Assembly: GCF_000143415.4 (NCBI RefSeq)
Contig: NW_003314309.1
Location: forward strand, 918,641-982,640
Length of the DNA: 64,000 nucleotides
Direction of reading: 5' to 3'
Source: Selaginella moellendorffii
Taxonomy: Eukaryota > Plantae > Lycopodiophyta
Part shown: piece after piece, positions 25,351-38,280 of the stretch
Layout: each line of letters begins with the position of its first letter
How positions within the stretch are numbered: position 1 is the stretch's first letter
Made by a program: the position numbers and the translations under genes
The notes under the pieces: generated by a model
Database searches by the model: none
What the model was told of the DNA's origin: nothing
What the model saw: only the letters and a program-made list of their open reading frames with translations

Positions 25351-25830
25351 ATGGAAGAGGTGGTGTCCAGTACGAGATTTTTCTCCAGGTGGAGCTATCA
25401 GCGCGTTGGATCGTCGAACCCATGGCACCACCGCAGCGGTAGCAAGCGAAGAACAGTGCGGCTGATCGATCCCAACAGGCCCACCAAGCAGCGATGGCGA
25501 GTGAGAATCGCCAGGAAGTTGAAGCTGCGTCGATTCCTGGGCAGGATTGCTAGAAGCAGCGGCATTTTGCTAGCGCCCAAATCGCTGCTCCGGATGGCGA
25601 GAGAGTCGTATGTCTCGAAGATGAAGATGCTGGCTTCTTTGTGCAGCAATGCGGGATTGGCGTTCATGGGGCACTACATGGTGGGAAGAAATCAGATAGT
25701 GGGCGGTAGCAAACCACTCCAGAACCCTGTCATGAGCAACAAGGATCTGGAGAGATTGCTGCGAAGGGCGATCGCCCAAGGACGATTTGACACCCCGGAA
25801 TTTGGAAAAGCTTCACCGCAGATTTCTTGA
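25351..25830 (+). CDS. Conserved uncharacterised basic plant protein, 159 aa
   Basis: RWSYQRV...KRRTVRL...RWRVRIARKLKL...APKSLLRMARESYVSKM resembles a widespread unnamed plant family; first ATG at 25351; decayed paralog at 42550-42920. Confidence 0.65.
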   Translation: MEEVVSSTRFFSRWSYQRVGSSNPWHHRSGSKRRTVRLIDPNRPTKQRWRVRIARKLKLRRFLGRIARSSGILLAPKSLLRMARESYVSKMKMLASLCSNAGLAFMGHYMVGRNQIVGGSKPLQNPVMSNKDLERLLRRAIAQGRFDTPEFGKASPQIS

Positions 25831-25893
25831 TCGAGAACTAGAAGAGTGTGTTATTACTTACTAACAAACCAAAACTACGTTTAGCGTGTTATT

Positions 25894-25967
25894 GGCCGCA
25901 TAGCGCAGTGGATTAGCGCGTCAGACTTCGGATCTGAAGGTCGAGGGTTCGAATCCCTCTGTGGTCG
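25894..25967 (+). tRNA. tRNA-Arg (anticodon TCG)
   Basis: 74-nt cloverleaf ggccgcatagcgcagtggattagcgcgtcagacTTCGgatctgaaggtcgagggttcgaatccctctgtggtcg; A and B boxes present; T-run downstream. Confidence 0.95.
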
Positions 25968-26056
25968 TTGGAAGTTCTTCGTTCTCGCTAAACTTCTTTG
26001 GTGTTCTCCAAAGTTCTTTTTTTCTACGTAGTGAAACACTTTTTTAAAAGCTGTGA

Positions 26057-27061
26057 TCACTTTCGGAGAGGCCTGTACACCACCACCGTCACGTACTTTG
26101 ATCTAAACCTGTGAGTAGCGCCCAGCGCCAGCACCGATCGCGAGCTCCTCCCTTTCTCCACGTAGAGATGGTTGAGGATTACGTGCTGCGGCCGCGGCAT
26201 GGAGGCCGGGGCGTCTCCAGACGAGGAGGGGACGTTGAGCAGTGTGAGGTGAAGATGCGGAGGAACTGCCGGTGGCTCCTTTGCGAAATCTTCCGGGCCC
26301 GGGAATGGATTCGTGTAGCTCGAGTCTGGAGACAATGGCGGCTCGAAGCTCACGACGTTGTCAAGGTTTTCTGGAACGTATTCCTGGAAATGGAAGAGCT
26401 GGAGAGCTGGAGAGAACGAGGAAAGAAAAGAAAACTTGCGTTTTACCTGGACTTCGATGAGATTGCTCACGTTCCCAGCTTCGTCCTTGGAGCAGGGAAG
26501 ATCTGGAGCGTGCCTCCACTCGCCATCCACGAAGAACTTAAACTGGTAAACTCCCGCCGGGAGCAACTTTAGGATGGAGAAGTCCTTCCCAGATCTCTGG
26601 AGTGGCTGCCTAGAAAAGAGAAAAAAGAGTTCCAAGCAAAGATTTGGAAAGAAAGAGCTCTTGAACCTGGTGCTCCAGTTGTCCCATGAGCCCTCGATGG
26701 AAACGTTGTTTCCTCCGAGGTTCCACACGATCATACACGGGATTCCCTTCTCACCACCGTGTTCTTTGTAGAGATTTGGCTCATACACACCGATTCCATC
26801 TGGTTTGCTTATAGGAGCCATGGGTGCCTAGAAGGGGGAAAAAAACAAATTTGAGAAGAAATGCGGCAAACAGTGGAGCAAAGCAAGCGACGAGCTCACC
26901 TGTGGAGCAAACATGAGCGGGCATCGCACCGATTCTCCAGGACTGTCTGAGAGATACTCCGACGATCCCCCCGCGTGCCCTAGCTTCCCTTCATGCTCGG
27001 AGATCCGCGGTTGCGAGCTCTGCATCGGCTCGCCCCCGCCCGTCGCATTCGCATTGCCCAT
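26057..27061 (-). CDS. SnRK1 regulatory beta subunit (AKIN-beta-like), 4 exons
   Basis: N-terminal MGNAN myristoylation motif; carbohydrate-binding module IEGSWDNW...YQFKFFVDGEWRH; ASC domain KEPPAVPPHLHLTLLN...RPQHVILNHLY...THRFRSKYVTVVVYRP. Confidence 0.93.
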
Positions 27062-27142
27062 CGCGATCGATTGATCGCCGGATCGATCGAAGGGGACCCT
27101 AAATAATTCCAGGCGAAGAACCCTAAATTTCTGCTACTTGGG

Positions 27143-28654
27143 TTAATTGGTATAAACATTGGCTAGGAGCACGTAAGGAGCCGAGCTCGCGGGATCCAAG
27201 TCTAGTGCGCGCCTCGCCGCCACCTTTCCTCTAACTGCGTTTTTGTGACTCTTGCACGACCCGAGCAGTGACTGCCAATCCACGTCCTCGGGAACAAAGG
27301 GCATTGTGGAGAGAAGTTCTTGAGCATCGCCCAAATGCCCGCACCTCCCGAGCAAATCCGTCATGCAGCAGTAGAGCTGCTTTGTGGGTGCTACGAAATA
27401 GTCCCCCTGCATCGAAAGGAAGCATTGCACGCCGGTTTTCAGGCTCCCGGCGTGGTTGCATCGGACAAGCATGCACACGAAACAGGCTTCGTCCGCTGCC
27501 GAGCCGCCGTCTAGCGCCATCTTGCAGAGGAGTTCGAGGGTGAAATCGAGGCGGGTGTTGGATGCACCCAGCATTGTCGCCCAGGACACGGTGTTGGGTT
27601 CTGGCATTCGATCGAACACGTCTTTTGCTCTCTTCCAGTGCCCGTTTTGGGCATATGCTGCGAGAAACGCGTTCCATGCAATCACGTCCCTTTCTGGCAT
27701 AGAACGGAAGACTCCCTGGGATTCAACAAGATGGCCTTGTTTTGTATAGGCTGAAAGAAGAGTTGTGGAAGAGATTATGTTGTGTTCAGGCATGGAATCA
27801 AACAGGCATTTTGCCTTTTCAAGATCGCCAACCTGGGCATATACTGCGGCCATGGCATTGTCAGCAAACAAAGTCCTCTCTGGCATGGAATCAAAAGCTC
27901 TCCGAGCTTCTACCAGGTTGCCACTGTTGGCGTAGGAAACCAGCATGGCAGTCCACGTAATCAGATTCCACTCCGGCATCCTCTGTAAAAAATTCTGGGC
28001 CTCGCTAACATGCCCTGATTGGGCATAAGCCGATGACATGGCAGTCCACGACACCACGTCACGCTCCTTCATTGTGTTGAAAACTTCCCTCGCATTGTCA
28101 AACCGCCCATTTTCCGTGTAGCAAACAAGCATCGCTGTGCACGCCACGAGATTCCATTCCGGCATGCTGTAAAAACTTCGTTCCGCCTGGACAAGATGCC
28201 GGTTGTCGGCATATGCGTCAACGATGGCAGTCCACGCGATTATGTTTCTCTCCGGCATTGAGTTAAACACCGAAAGCGCTCGATCCAAGTAGCCATTCCG
28301 GGAGTATGCAGTCAACATGGCGCTCCACGAAACGAGATTCCAATCCGGCATTCTGTCGAACACGTCTTTGGCATCAGCGACATGCCCGTTTTGGGCATAC
28401 GCCGTGAGCATGACAACCCAAGAGTAGATGTTCTTTGAGTGCGCGTCAAACACTTTTCTAGCCTCCACAACGTCGCCACACCTGCCGTACATCTGTACCA
28501 TGAGATTGGCGAGATAGACAATGGTGGAGGATGGAAAGAACTTGGCGGCCGGACTGGATGTAACTTGGGCATGGACAAGCTTTGCTTGTGGTGCTGTGTT
28601 GCAAGAATTGATGAGCTTGACGCACTGCTCTAAACTTAATGCACTACTGCTCAT
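27143..28654 (-). CDS. PLS-class PPR protein with E domain
   Basis: Intronless; about 31-aa repeats (A..VFD.MPE.N.VSW.AML.AYAQ.G); E domain YCCMTDLLGRCG...WQSLLGSCKSH...APYVLLANVY. Confidence 0.92.
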   Translation of the reverse strand: MSSSALSLEQCVKLINSCNTAPQAKLVHAQVTSSPAAKFFPSSTIVYLANLMVQMYGRCGDVVEARKVFDAHSKNIYSWVVMLTAYAQNGHVADAKDVFDRMPDWNLVSWSAMLTAYSRNGYLDRALSVFNSMPERNIIAWTAIVDAYADNRHLVQAERSFYSMPEWNLVACTAMLVCYTENGRFDNAREVFNTMKERDVVSWTAMSSAYAQSGHVSEAQNFLQRMPEWNLITWTAMLVSYANSGNLVEARRAFDSMPERTLFADNAMAAVYAQVGDLEKAKCLFDSMPEHNIISSTTLLSAYTKQGHLVESQGVFRSMPERDVIAWNAFLAAYAQNGHWKRAKDVFDRMPEPNTVSWATMLGASNTRLDFTLELLCKMALDGGSAADEACFVCMLVRCNHAGSLKTGVQCFLSMQGDYFVAPTKQLYCCMTDLLGRCGHLGDAQELLSTMPFVPEDVDWQSLLGSCKSHKNAVRGKVAARRALDLDPASSAPYVLLANVYTN

Positions 28655-28750
28655 CTAGGAGATGGATCTTCCAGTATATACTATAACATCATTCATTTAA
28701 TAAACTTATAGTATATGAGTGCAAAGTTTACAATACTGTAAGTTTAAAGT

Positions 28751-30851
28751 TCACATCCCATTCTCGTGACTTGCTAGTACTGCGTCCATTTTCTTTGTCC
28801 ATGCTTGCCTTGTAGCTTCTCTTTCCTATACACAGACAAAAACAAAACTGAGAATTTGAGCTCAAAGCTAGCATTTACCTTTGCTATCTCTGCTTTGCAA
28901 GTCGAGTTCTTCAAATCTTTGTGTTTCTCCCGAGAAAACTTGCGGCATTTCTTGTGCTTGATGCATGCAACAAGGTCTTTGCCAGCCTCGATTCCCGTCA
29001 AGTAAGCACCGTGTACGTAGCCACTGTATTTTTGGCTTGTGTGCTCTCCCGCAAAGTAGAGAGTTTCCACTGGTGCCTGGGTGGACTAATTTGTCAGCTA
29101 AAACACCTTGCAAAACTTGGAAAGGGGGCGGACCTGAATTGCTTCGAATTCACTGTCGCTCACTCCGATTGGCCAGTTGGAGTAAGAACCTTTGAAATAT
29201 TTCATCGATCCCCACCTTGGGACAAGCATCTCCTCAATCTCTGGGATGTTTGGTCCAAACATTTTTCGCAACACCGACATTATCTCGGCTTTAATCTCTT
29301 TGTCTGGCAGCTGCTCGATCCTACGAGATTCCTCATCTGTGACCGTCACGAAGATCATATTTTTACCGGGAAATTCCTTCGCCAAATGCTGAAAGCTCAC
29401 GAGGCTCTAAAACACTTTTCTACGAATAATTAGGAATTTACCTGCCATGTAGAGTAATATCCTCGCCTCTCGTCACAGTAAATAAGGAATTGAGCTCCTG
29501 GATAAATAGGCCAAAATGTATATGGAAATCGAAGAAAAATCTTTGTGTATATGGCCATATCAAACTGGAAAAGAGCTTCCACTTTCCAATCCTTGAGAGA
29601 AAAAAACAGTTTATCACTTGAAAAATTGAAATCAAAGCACTTACTGGAAGAACTGGTTGAAATTTAATCAGACTACTTTGAAGAACTCCCAAGCTTGCTG
29701 TGACAATAGCAAACTTGCCAAAGTAAGTTGATCCATCTTCAGTCAAGAGCTTCACTCCATCCTTGCTATATTCAATCTTTCTTACAACCTTGAAGAAAGA
29801 AAGAATCATAAAATTTGAAATATCCAAGAAGAAAAATCACCTTGTTCAGCAAAAGGCGAGGATCTGTAATTTTTCCATTTCTGGTTTGAAGAAAATCTCC
29901 AGCTAACTGGTGAACGATATGAGAGTAGCCACGAGGGTCCGCTACAAAGTATTCGTCGTCCCCAAAGTCTCTAAAAGTTGGATTTGGGTGTGTGTTCTCC
30001 AAGCTTGTGACTCTAGGTGGTTCTATTTAAAATCAACCAAAGATTTTAGTCAAAGATTTATATCCAATGATCTATAATATCAAATCAAATCTCTCCTCTC
30101 TCTCCTTGGGGCAAAAACTTTACCTGCAAATTCAAAGTCGTAATTTTGATACTCCAAGCACATTTCTATAGGAGTCTGAGGAACGCTGCATTGGAGCGAG
30201 AGTACAATTAGTTAGCTCTAAAACAAGGATAAAACACTTGGTGGAAACCTTCCGAATAGCCGCTGTCCTGTAAGAATGGATATGTCTTGTTCCCCGTTTT
30301 TAGTTTTAGAGATGGCCAGATTCGTCACATACTCCTTCTCTGCTTCAGCCATTGTCGTCTCCTTTGTAATTGTGGAGGGATCAATGTATCCACTGGATAT
30401 GCAAGCAAGTGAGTTTTCTCAAGTTTTCCACCGCTTACATTTTTGTGTAGATGTTGCTGCTTTGATTGCTGAAATCCGTGTAAAACGAAGTAAGATTGTA
30501 CTTGTTTGCCAGAGTCCAAATAGGATTTACTTTGGAGCCATGAACTCCTTCAACCCAATTCGCACCAATCTCTACAATTCCTCCAGCAAATGCCTCTTCT
30601 CTCATACGGCCACCAATCCTTTCCGTAGCTTCGAGAATCACAAAATCATTGATGCCATTTTGTGACAAAGTTCTGGCGGCCATGATCCCTGCAATTGTTC
30701 ACAGTTGCATTACAGAAAGAAGAAAAAAATTGAACTAACCAGAGATACCAGCACCAACAATGACAACGGAATCAGTCTTTGTGTGACCATCACTGGCAAC
30801 ACTTGCCACCCAAGCATTGAAAACTAGCAGTATGAGCAAACTCGTCGCCAT
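28751..30851 (-). CDS. PAO: Polyamine oxidase, flavin-dependent, with signal peptide (maize PAO1-like)
   Basis: MATSLLILLVFNAWVASVAS signal, IVGAGISG FAD motif, ILEATERIGGRM, EIGANWVEG, GSYSNWP, YFAGEHTS...YVHGAYLTG; multi-exon. Confidence 0.92.
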
Positions 30852-32519
30852 GTCTATAATTCAATACATGGAGAAAATTGCCAGTTTTATGGACGTGAAC
30901 ACCCTACTGGACGTTCTTTCCATCTCAGTAGTGGTTATACAGCTGTTTGCCAATGCTGCTGCTCCACACATATAGACCACGTTTTTCTTTCTAAAATATT
31001 AGTTGAGATTTTTTTATCAACATATGGCATGTGATTTGTAAAAAGGTAGAAAGGACAAGGGTCTGTTTCACTCACAATAGGTCCACATGTAACATGAGTG
31101 TGCAGACATAAGATATTTCACCTTATGCCAGGATGGGTCTTCATGCCCATAGCAATGACCATGCTATATGTGGAATAGAGCCCTTAGTGGCCCCATAAAC
31201 CCATTCATCCCATGCATTCAAGCAAGTTGTTAATGTTGCAAATTAAATGGACAATCGACTAAATTGCATACTATACTACTTTATCTAGAGCACTATGTTC
31301 TCATCTCTTGTTCTTGTTGCTCATGGCAAAAGGATTAAATTATCATTTTCTAGCACACTTTTTTAAACATGGTATTTATAACAAGCGTAAGTGAATTTTA
31401 TTTATGTAACGCATGTGATCATGGAATGAGATTTGAATATACTGTTACCATGGATCCTTGGAACTTTGAGGGATAAATGGGGATAAAATAACCACTAAAG
31501 GCTCTCTCATCAAACAATTGCCGCTTTTTTTGTTGACTTAAGGGAAGAGAGATAGAGTGCATTACAATTTAGCTCCATTGCACATCCATGGATATATATC
31601 ATTTGGAGTCATGTCTTTAATGCATCTCATTAAGTTTATCTTTTGTCGCCATTGATTTGCAATTTAATTCTCTCAATGCTTTAGTTTCACATCATGATGC
31701 TTAGAAGATTTGCATATGACTTAAAAGTAAGTTGAACTTTATCCAATCAATTCCATGAATTGGTGGGGCTTATACTTGGATTGTGTACTATGCAAGGGTG
31801 CATAGTATTGATGTTTGGACTTGGAGTTTTCTCAAAAGTAGCATGTTAGTGATTTTAGTTGTACCTTGAAATAGGTTTAGAGTTCCCTAAGCGAGGATGG
31901 GGATCATGTAGCACCAAAGCTTGATAGTTTTAACCCAAATCCTGAATTAGGAGTTGCTTTGGAAGCTATAGTGATTACCTTTGGTGAGGCAAGCATAAAC
32001 CAAAAGAGTCAAGGGCTGCAAGTGCCTATAATGGGCATTTGAATATTCTTATCTTTAGTTTTGCTAATGAATTAACTTAAATTTCTTTCAAAGTGTCAAG
32101 AAATTATATCTTTTCAAGACAATTATCTATTTTTATTATGAAAGTGTCTAGAATACAATACTTCCACAACCTCAGCCCAATCCATACAAGTTCTCTAGAT
32201 TCTGAAGTGCCTAGTGGATCTTGTGTTTGGTCCACTCCATTAATAAGTATGTTAAAGGGAAGAAAACTTCTCGTGTGTATGTGGAGAACTTGGGAAATCA
32301 AGCACACAATGTACCTTGTTTCTCAATAGGCTCTCCTGATTGGAACTCTAGCAAATCAACTGGATAATCAATGTTTAGTGACAAATCTGTCACTAGCGAA
32401 TTAACTGATGAATCAACATTTAGTGATGGAACTTTGATTAGTTTTAGTTGTTTATGAAAGTAAATAGTTCTCTCAAATGATGTCCACAATGCAATTGGAA
32501 ATAGAATTGGAAATAGAAT

Positions 32520-33485
32520 TGAAATACAATGCAAAATATCCATCTTGAGGTATGGAGCAAAGACACAACGTAAAGTTTGCTTGTGCTATAAATTAAATAC
32601 ATCAAGAATTTCTATGTCTTCCATGAACTTGAAAAAGTGCTTATAAAACCACACTATGCACTTAAAGAGTTGTCTCCACAAATGCTCTATGTGCTACAAA
32701 ATAAAATGGATTTGGTCCTTATTTGGACAAAACTTTAATATTGTGAGTACCTAGTTACATGTTAATATCCCATGTATAAAGCTCTTAGTTGTAAAACTTT
32801 AATAGTGAACCATGTCCCTATTGACCTCATTGTGCTCTCAAGCATTTGTTGCTTTAGATGTGTTTGGGCCTTCCAAATTGACAAACAACTTGTGCATATG
32901 TATTGAATATTGCATGGGATTCTTTGGAGGTAGCCAACTCATAAGCTACAATATAATGAGTTGCCCCACAAATAATGGCATGTACATAGAAACCATAGCT
33001 AACAAACTTGCAATATATTACAATAAACATATTATCACATGTGCTCATAAAAAAGTAAAAATGAAAGAATACTCACAATCCATATGACAAAGTGCATAAG
33101 CCTCCTCATTCCTGTAAATTTGTTGTCAAATCCTTGACAAGTGCCTCTATTGTAGCCTGGTTGGGTCGTGAGTGGCTAAGGCCTCACAAATTTGACATTG
33201 GCTAAATCAATATCTTTTAATTCGACAGCTAGATTGGGAATTGATAATCCCCCAATTTGTGCCATCTTAATTCATGGCATTATTAGTCCGGATGTAATGA
33301 AGTGCCTTTTCAAGTGGTACCCTATAATATACACCTCTCCAATTTAGATTGATAAGCCACATGTATTTATACAGTGTTGGCTTAGAAATTCTAAAATAGC
33401 ATGCAAAGTAAGTAGTAGTCTTAATTTTGAGGATCTTTAGGTGCATCCAGGTGCCAAATACAGCTGGATTATTGAATCCCCTCAA
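32520..33485 (-). mobile_element. Fossil intron-containing DDE integrase-core transposase (IS3EU-like)
   Basis: HTH-like FACYFRISKPTLYKYM; EALATHDP...YALCHMD; YCKFVSYGFYVHAIICGATHYIV...QFGRPKHI*SNK; SFIHGILTCN*|HIEHLWRQLF...FMEDIEILD; 57-nt GT-AG intron at 32694-32750. Confidence 0.65.
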
Positions 33486-36400
33486 AAAAATGATGGAAAG
33501 CCTAAAAATATATAAATGAATTGAATCTAAGAGGCTAAAAACTAATTAAACCTCTAAGAGAGCATTGTTGTCACTATTCACACCTAAACCACAATCTAAA
33601 TCACTAAAATTGGATGGAAGGCCATCCTCCTCCTCCTCCTCCACGTCTTTCAGTAAATCTGGAAGAAAAGGTTTCAATGACACAAATTTGAAGCAAACCT
33701 AAGAAGGAACTATACTCATGGTAGGAACTTTAAAGTTTATAAAGAGAAATTTAGTAGTGAATCAAAGCCACTTTCAACACTGCCTACAAAAACATTTAAA
33801 ACCAATCACTAGCAAATTAAGTTATCTTCCACATCTGGTGCCAAGAAACATGTTGAATAACAAGGCACTAAGGCAGGGCACCAAGGCAAGGATCTCCTAA
33901 ACCCTAAGACCTAATGAATCCCCTAAACTTGACAAAACATGAAATTGGCATCTATGTCTACCATCTATAATAATAGACCCCGCAGCCATCTGATCCCAGG
34001 CCCAGGGCAGCCTTGGAAGCCATGGTTATCAGCAAGGGGAGGCCAGCCCAGGCTTGGGCCAGAGCCAGTGGCCATGGTTGGCAGGAATATCAGCTCAATG
34101 TTGTGGCAGCCAATGGGTGGGATGCACACGTGGCTGGGAAGGGAAGAGGGCGTGGTGACAAGTGTTATGCCATGCACTCTTAGGGTTCCATGGCTGCTCT
34201 GCTCGGACATGGTTGTGTGGGCATTCCCATGAGAGCCTGTGCGTGGTAAGTAATAGGGGTGAGCAGAATGGTAGTCGGGCACACAATCCAGGCTCCTCTC
34301 GGGATCAACTCAGGACTGTGAGAGGCAAATTTGCTCATCTCCAACTCAGCAAAGCTTTGATCTCTGTTCGCCACTGCCTCACGAACTCTTTGGCCTACAG
34401 GAAAGCAATTATCAAGGACACTCCCTCTTCATCCCCAGATTCTCTCGAGGAATCCCTTGCTGCTGGGCCTGGTGAGGGATTGTTGTTTCAGCACATGCTT
34501 GGGATCAACTCCGTTTGTAGGAACCTGTTTTGAGTTGACATAGGGTTGTCGAGTGGCTGTGCCAGCCAACACTGCTCCTGAAGTTTTGGAAATCTGACAT
34601 GGCACTGATGTCTGGGTTCTCTTGAAAGAGAAGGAGAGAAGCAGAAGGCGCCATTGCAAGCATCCCACCAACTGTTGGGAAAGGATGGGAAAGCTGGCAT
34701 CAATCGGTTTGTTGCGGTAGCCCATGGATAAAACTGTAATCCATGGATAGATGTATGACATTATAGTCAGCATTCCAGAATCAATCCTAAGATAAATTTG
34801 TTTAGTATGATCATGTTAAACTAACAAAATTCACCTACATTGTCTGGAGTTCAGTCAAGCCTGCAAATGATGGAACTGGCTGAGGAGAAAAGGAGTTGTT
34901 TCCAACGCTTCTGTTATGCATATACACATGCATCAGGTCAACTCCAAGTTAAGAAGAAATATTACATTAGTTGGAGAGCTTTCAACCCGCTTAGATCAGG
35001 TAACGTTCCAGTAAAAGCATTATCATTGATGTGTCTGTAAATAAAACAAAACTTGAGTGCAAAGTAGTTACCATATTAGCTATTTACATTTCAAAGAGGG
35101 TTGATATCCGCCCCAAACTGCTCGGCAGTGATTTAGCAAATCGATTTTTGTCAAGTCTCCTGAAAATACACTATTACACGAGATCATATTCTAGCAATCA
35201 ACGACTTACATGATGGTCAGCTTGGAAAAGTTTCCAATTTCATTGGGAACTTCTCCGGAGGCTGTTATTGTCTAGTAACCTGAAGGACAACAGGTCTAAA
35301 AACCTCCAAGAAAATGAGAAAGATACGTACAAGTGCTTGAATTCAGGTAAGAAACATATTTCTGGCACATCCACCTCTTTGTAAACCACCCAGCATTTGC
35401 CGGGCAAGTACTTGTAATGTTCATATTATAGGCATCCATTGCAATGGGATTGACATTTAATGCTGAACCAATAGAAAACTGCCACATGGACAGCATATTG
35501 TGAGTGAAATAGACCACTGTATTTTCTACCCTTTTATGAATTGCACACCATATTAAAGTTTAATGGCAAAAGATCAATATTTCTCGTGGGGAATAAAAGG
35601 CCAGACTTTGTCCAGCATGGAAGATAAAGCTCATCACTTTGTTAGCAAGCTAGCCAGTGGAATTGCTGTGTGGCCGAGAAGCCTTGGAGCACAGGTGGCT
35701 GTGGAGGTGCGGCTGCTTACAAAGGTAATGCGAATGGAAGTTTTCCTGGTTTTCTTTCTGTTTTCCTGGTTATAGATGAGGAAGACAATGCTGCCAAAGA
35801 TCAACCAGCCCAATCCCCATAGCGGGAATTCGAAAAGTGACTTTATCTTCTTGCAGAGGGAGAAGCAGAAAGAAGCGGTTGCACTGGTACATAAGTGCTC
35901 ACACGAAAAGCTGCCACCTTGGGTAGCACTTCAGCGTGGTTTCTTCTCTCGGAATGAGTTTGATTCTACTTCAGGGTCTGAATTCTCAGAGTCGATTGCG
36001 ATTCAGGTCAAGGAGAGATTTTTCATAAAAGCCCGCTTTGGAAGCTGAGGAACATGCGTTCTCTCAGCGCTGGGGGTCTCTTTTCTCGCCGAGTGCCCCT
36101 GGAGCCATCTGACCTACGTGAATAAACTCAATTGTCATCCTTGAGCACGGGAAGAATTACTTCTTTCTTGTCCACAATGGCGCGATTGGCGAGTTCGTGC
36201 GCAGAGCATTCGTGGGTCTTGACAAGGATCCCATCGAGAAGACCCTCCAATCGCCCAAAGGCCGATATCACAATGAAACGATCATGTCGTCAAAAAAACT
36301 TTTTCACCTGACTGACAGAAGTAAACAGCTGAGTTAAGGATTGAATCTCCTGCTCCTGCTGCTCCATCATCACCTTTGCAACCTCACTTTTAACCTCCAC

Positions 36401-37758
36401 AGCCTTGTTCCTGGCTGCCAAGGCTCCTGGCTACCCCGGCCATGCTCATAACCCCACATGACTTTCATAGTGTCGCTCATGACTGCCACCCTCGCTGCCA
36501 CAACACGGCCGCAGTTTTGCTCCTCCTCATGGCCCTGATGCCGCAACTTCACCAATTAAGGCCTCCACAGCTCCTTGCCGCTCTAAATAAAACCCTAGAA
36601 TCGACTGGTGGTTAATGGTGGTTATACAAGTTTTACTTCTATTGAATGCCGTTTAGTATTATTACTGATTCAGTTGATCACAATTAAAAATTCTCAAATG
36701 TTCGCTAAGAAGAAGAAGTTGATATGAAATATTATGGGCATAAAACTTTACTTTTCTTTTAATGATTATCTACCTAATGAAACTTGTTACAAGTTTCAAG
36801 TTAGCATTTAGCTAATAATGAGCCCAATGCCCATTCGTGTGTTAGCAATGTTGATCCCCATGCCAATGCCAATTTTACCTTTTTTGTGGCCCAAGCTGAT
36901 GCCAATGCCATGGGCACACAGGAGATCCACCAAGAGCATTAATCAACTTTTTAAGTAATTATGTACATTAATCTTATTAATAATTAAATATTTTACTTGT
37001 ACTAATTATGTTATGAATATTTATGATTTAACTCTACTTTTTTTTTCATACTTTAATTCAAGCCTTTTTAACATGTCCAGTTATATAACTCATCTAAAAA
37101 AAACTGTGCTTCATTGTGTTTAATATTAGGTAGTGTTTAGGAAAGTTTATAATTTATTAACATGTTTATAAATTATAAATACAAGGTTAATATAAATAAA
37201 TAGCAACCATTAGGATGTAAAATAATATCCAAGCATATTCTAAATATATTCACAATTCTAGTGGATAAAACCTAAAAGTTGCTATTTATTTTTAAATTAT
37301 CTTTTTGTGGTTGAGATTAAATTAACCCCAAACCGGTTCATTGCTACAACCAATGAGAAATCCTGAATCTTGCTGTGGAGGAGATGTGAATTGGTTTTGT
37401 GAAGTCATGGTTATGGCAACCCAAGCACAATGGACGTTGCAACAGTGTCAGTTGATCCTCAAACTTAATTGGAAACATATTTGGAGTTAACCAGCACGAG
37501 ACTCTCGAGCAAGCTATAGTGAGAGGAGCAGTCAGGCTTTAATCCTGAACTATTCAACAAGGGACAAGCTAGCGACAATAGTGGAATGTTTTGGGATACA
37601 TTACTCGAATAGTTGTGATAAGACTACATCAAAGCCTCACTATAAAGAGAGTTGAAACAATGGTTAATGTAAAATGTAAGTTTGTACTGCTGGGGGTCCA
37701 ACTACCTTTACTTAAAGAAGAGAAGAGACAAGAGGTAGACGCATCCCTAGCAGGAGAA

Positions 37759-38280
37759 ATGGCCGCCATCGCCGCCCCTCGCATCCTCCCCTGGAGCCTT
37801 GTTCTTGTGATGGTGTTGCTCCTAGTAGCTATGCAGGTTAGCCAGCGCTCTAAGTCTCTCGCTTAGCTGCCAAATGCGTATGCCCAATCTCACGTTTTTT
37901 TAAAAATTTCCTTTCTTGTTTTCTTTTGGCTGCTCACCTCGCTCTCGATCCAAGGTGTCTGGATCTGGATCTGGATCCATCCTCGGTGGCCATGGCCGTG
38001 AGCTGTCAGGGAAGCCGACAAGTAAGTGATACTGATCAAATGTGTGCTGTGTGTTGTTTGTGACCCAAATTTGCAAAAACGCACCAATGCAGATTGCCCA
38101 AAGGCTTGTGCCGTCCGCTGCCAGACATCCCATTGGACGCGTAAGCGCTGCATGAAGAACTGCAATATCTGCTGTCGCGATTGCAGCTGCGTGCCCTCTC
38201 GTCACAAGCCCAAGAGTCGGAAGGGCCACTTCGTCGAGAATTGCAGCTGCTACAAGGGGATGGGCCACTTCTGCCCATGA
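37759..38280 (+). CDS. GASA/snakin cysteine-rich secreted peptide, 3 exons, 110 aa
   Basis: Exons 37759-37836, 37955-38021, 38093-38280; signal peptide; 12-Cys domain CPKACAVRC...CMKNCNICCRDCSCVP...CSCY...CP*. Confidence 0.88.

Noticed and set aside
33950-36580. GC-richer segments with scattered splice-like sites (possible decayed gene or second transposon ORF)
   Set aside because: No consistent frame or motif could be assembled
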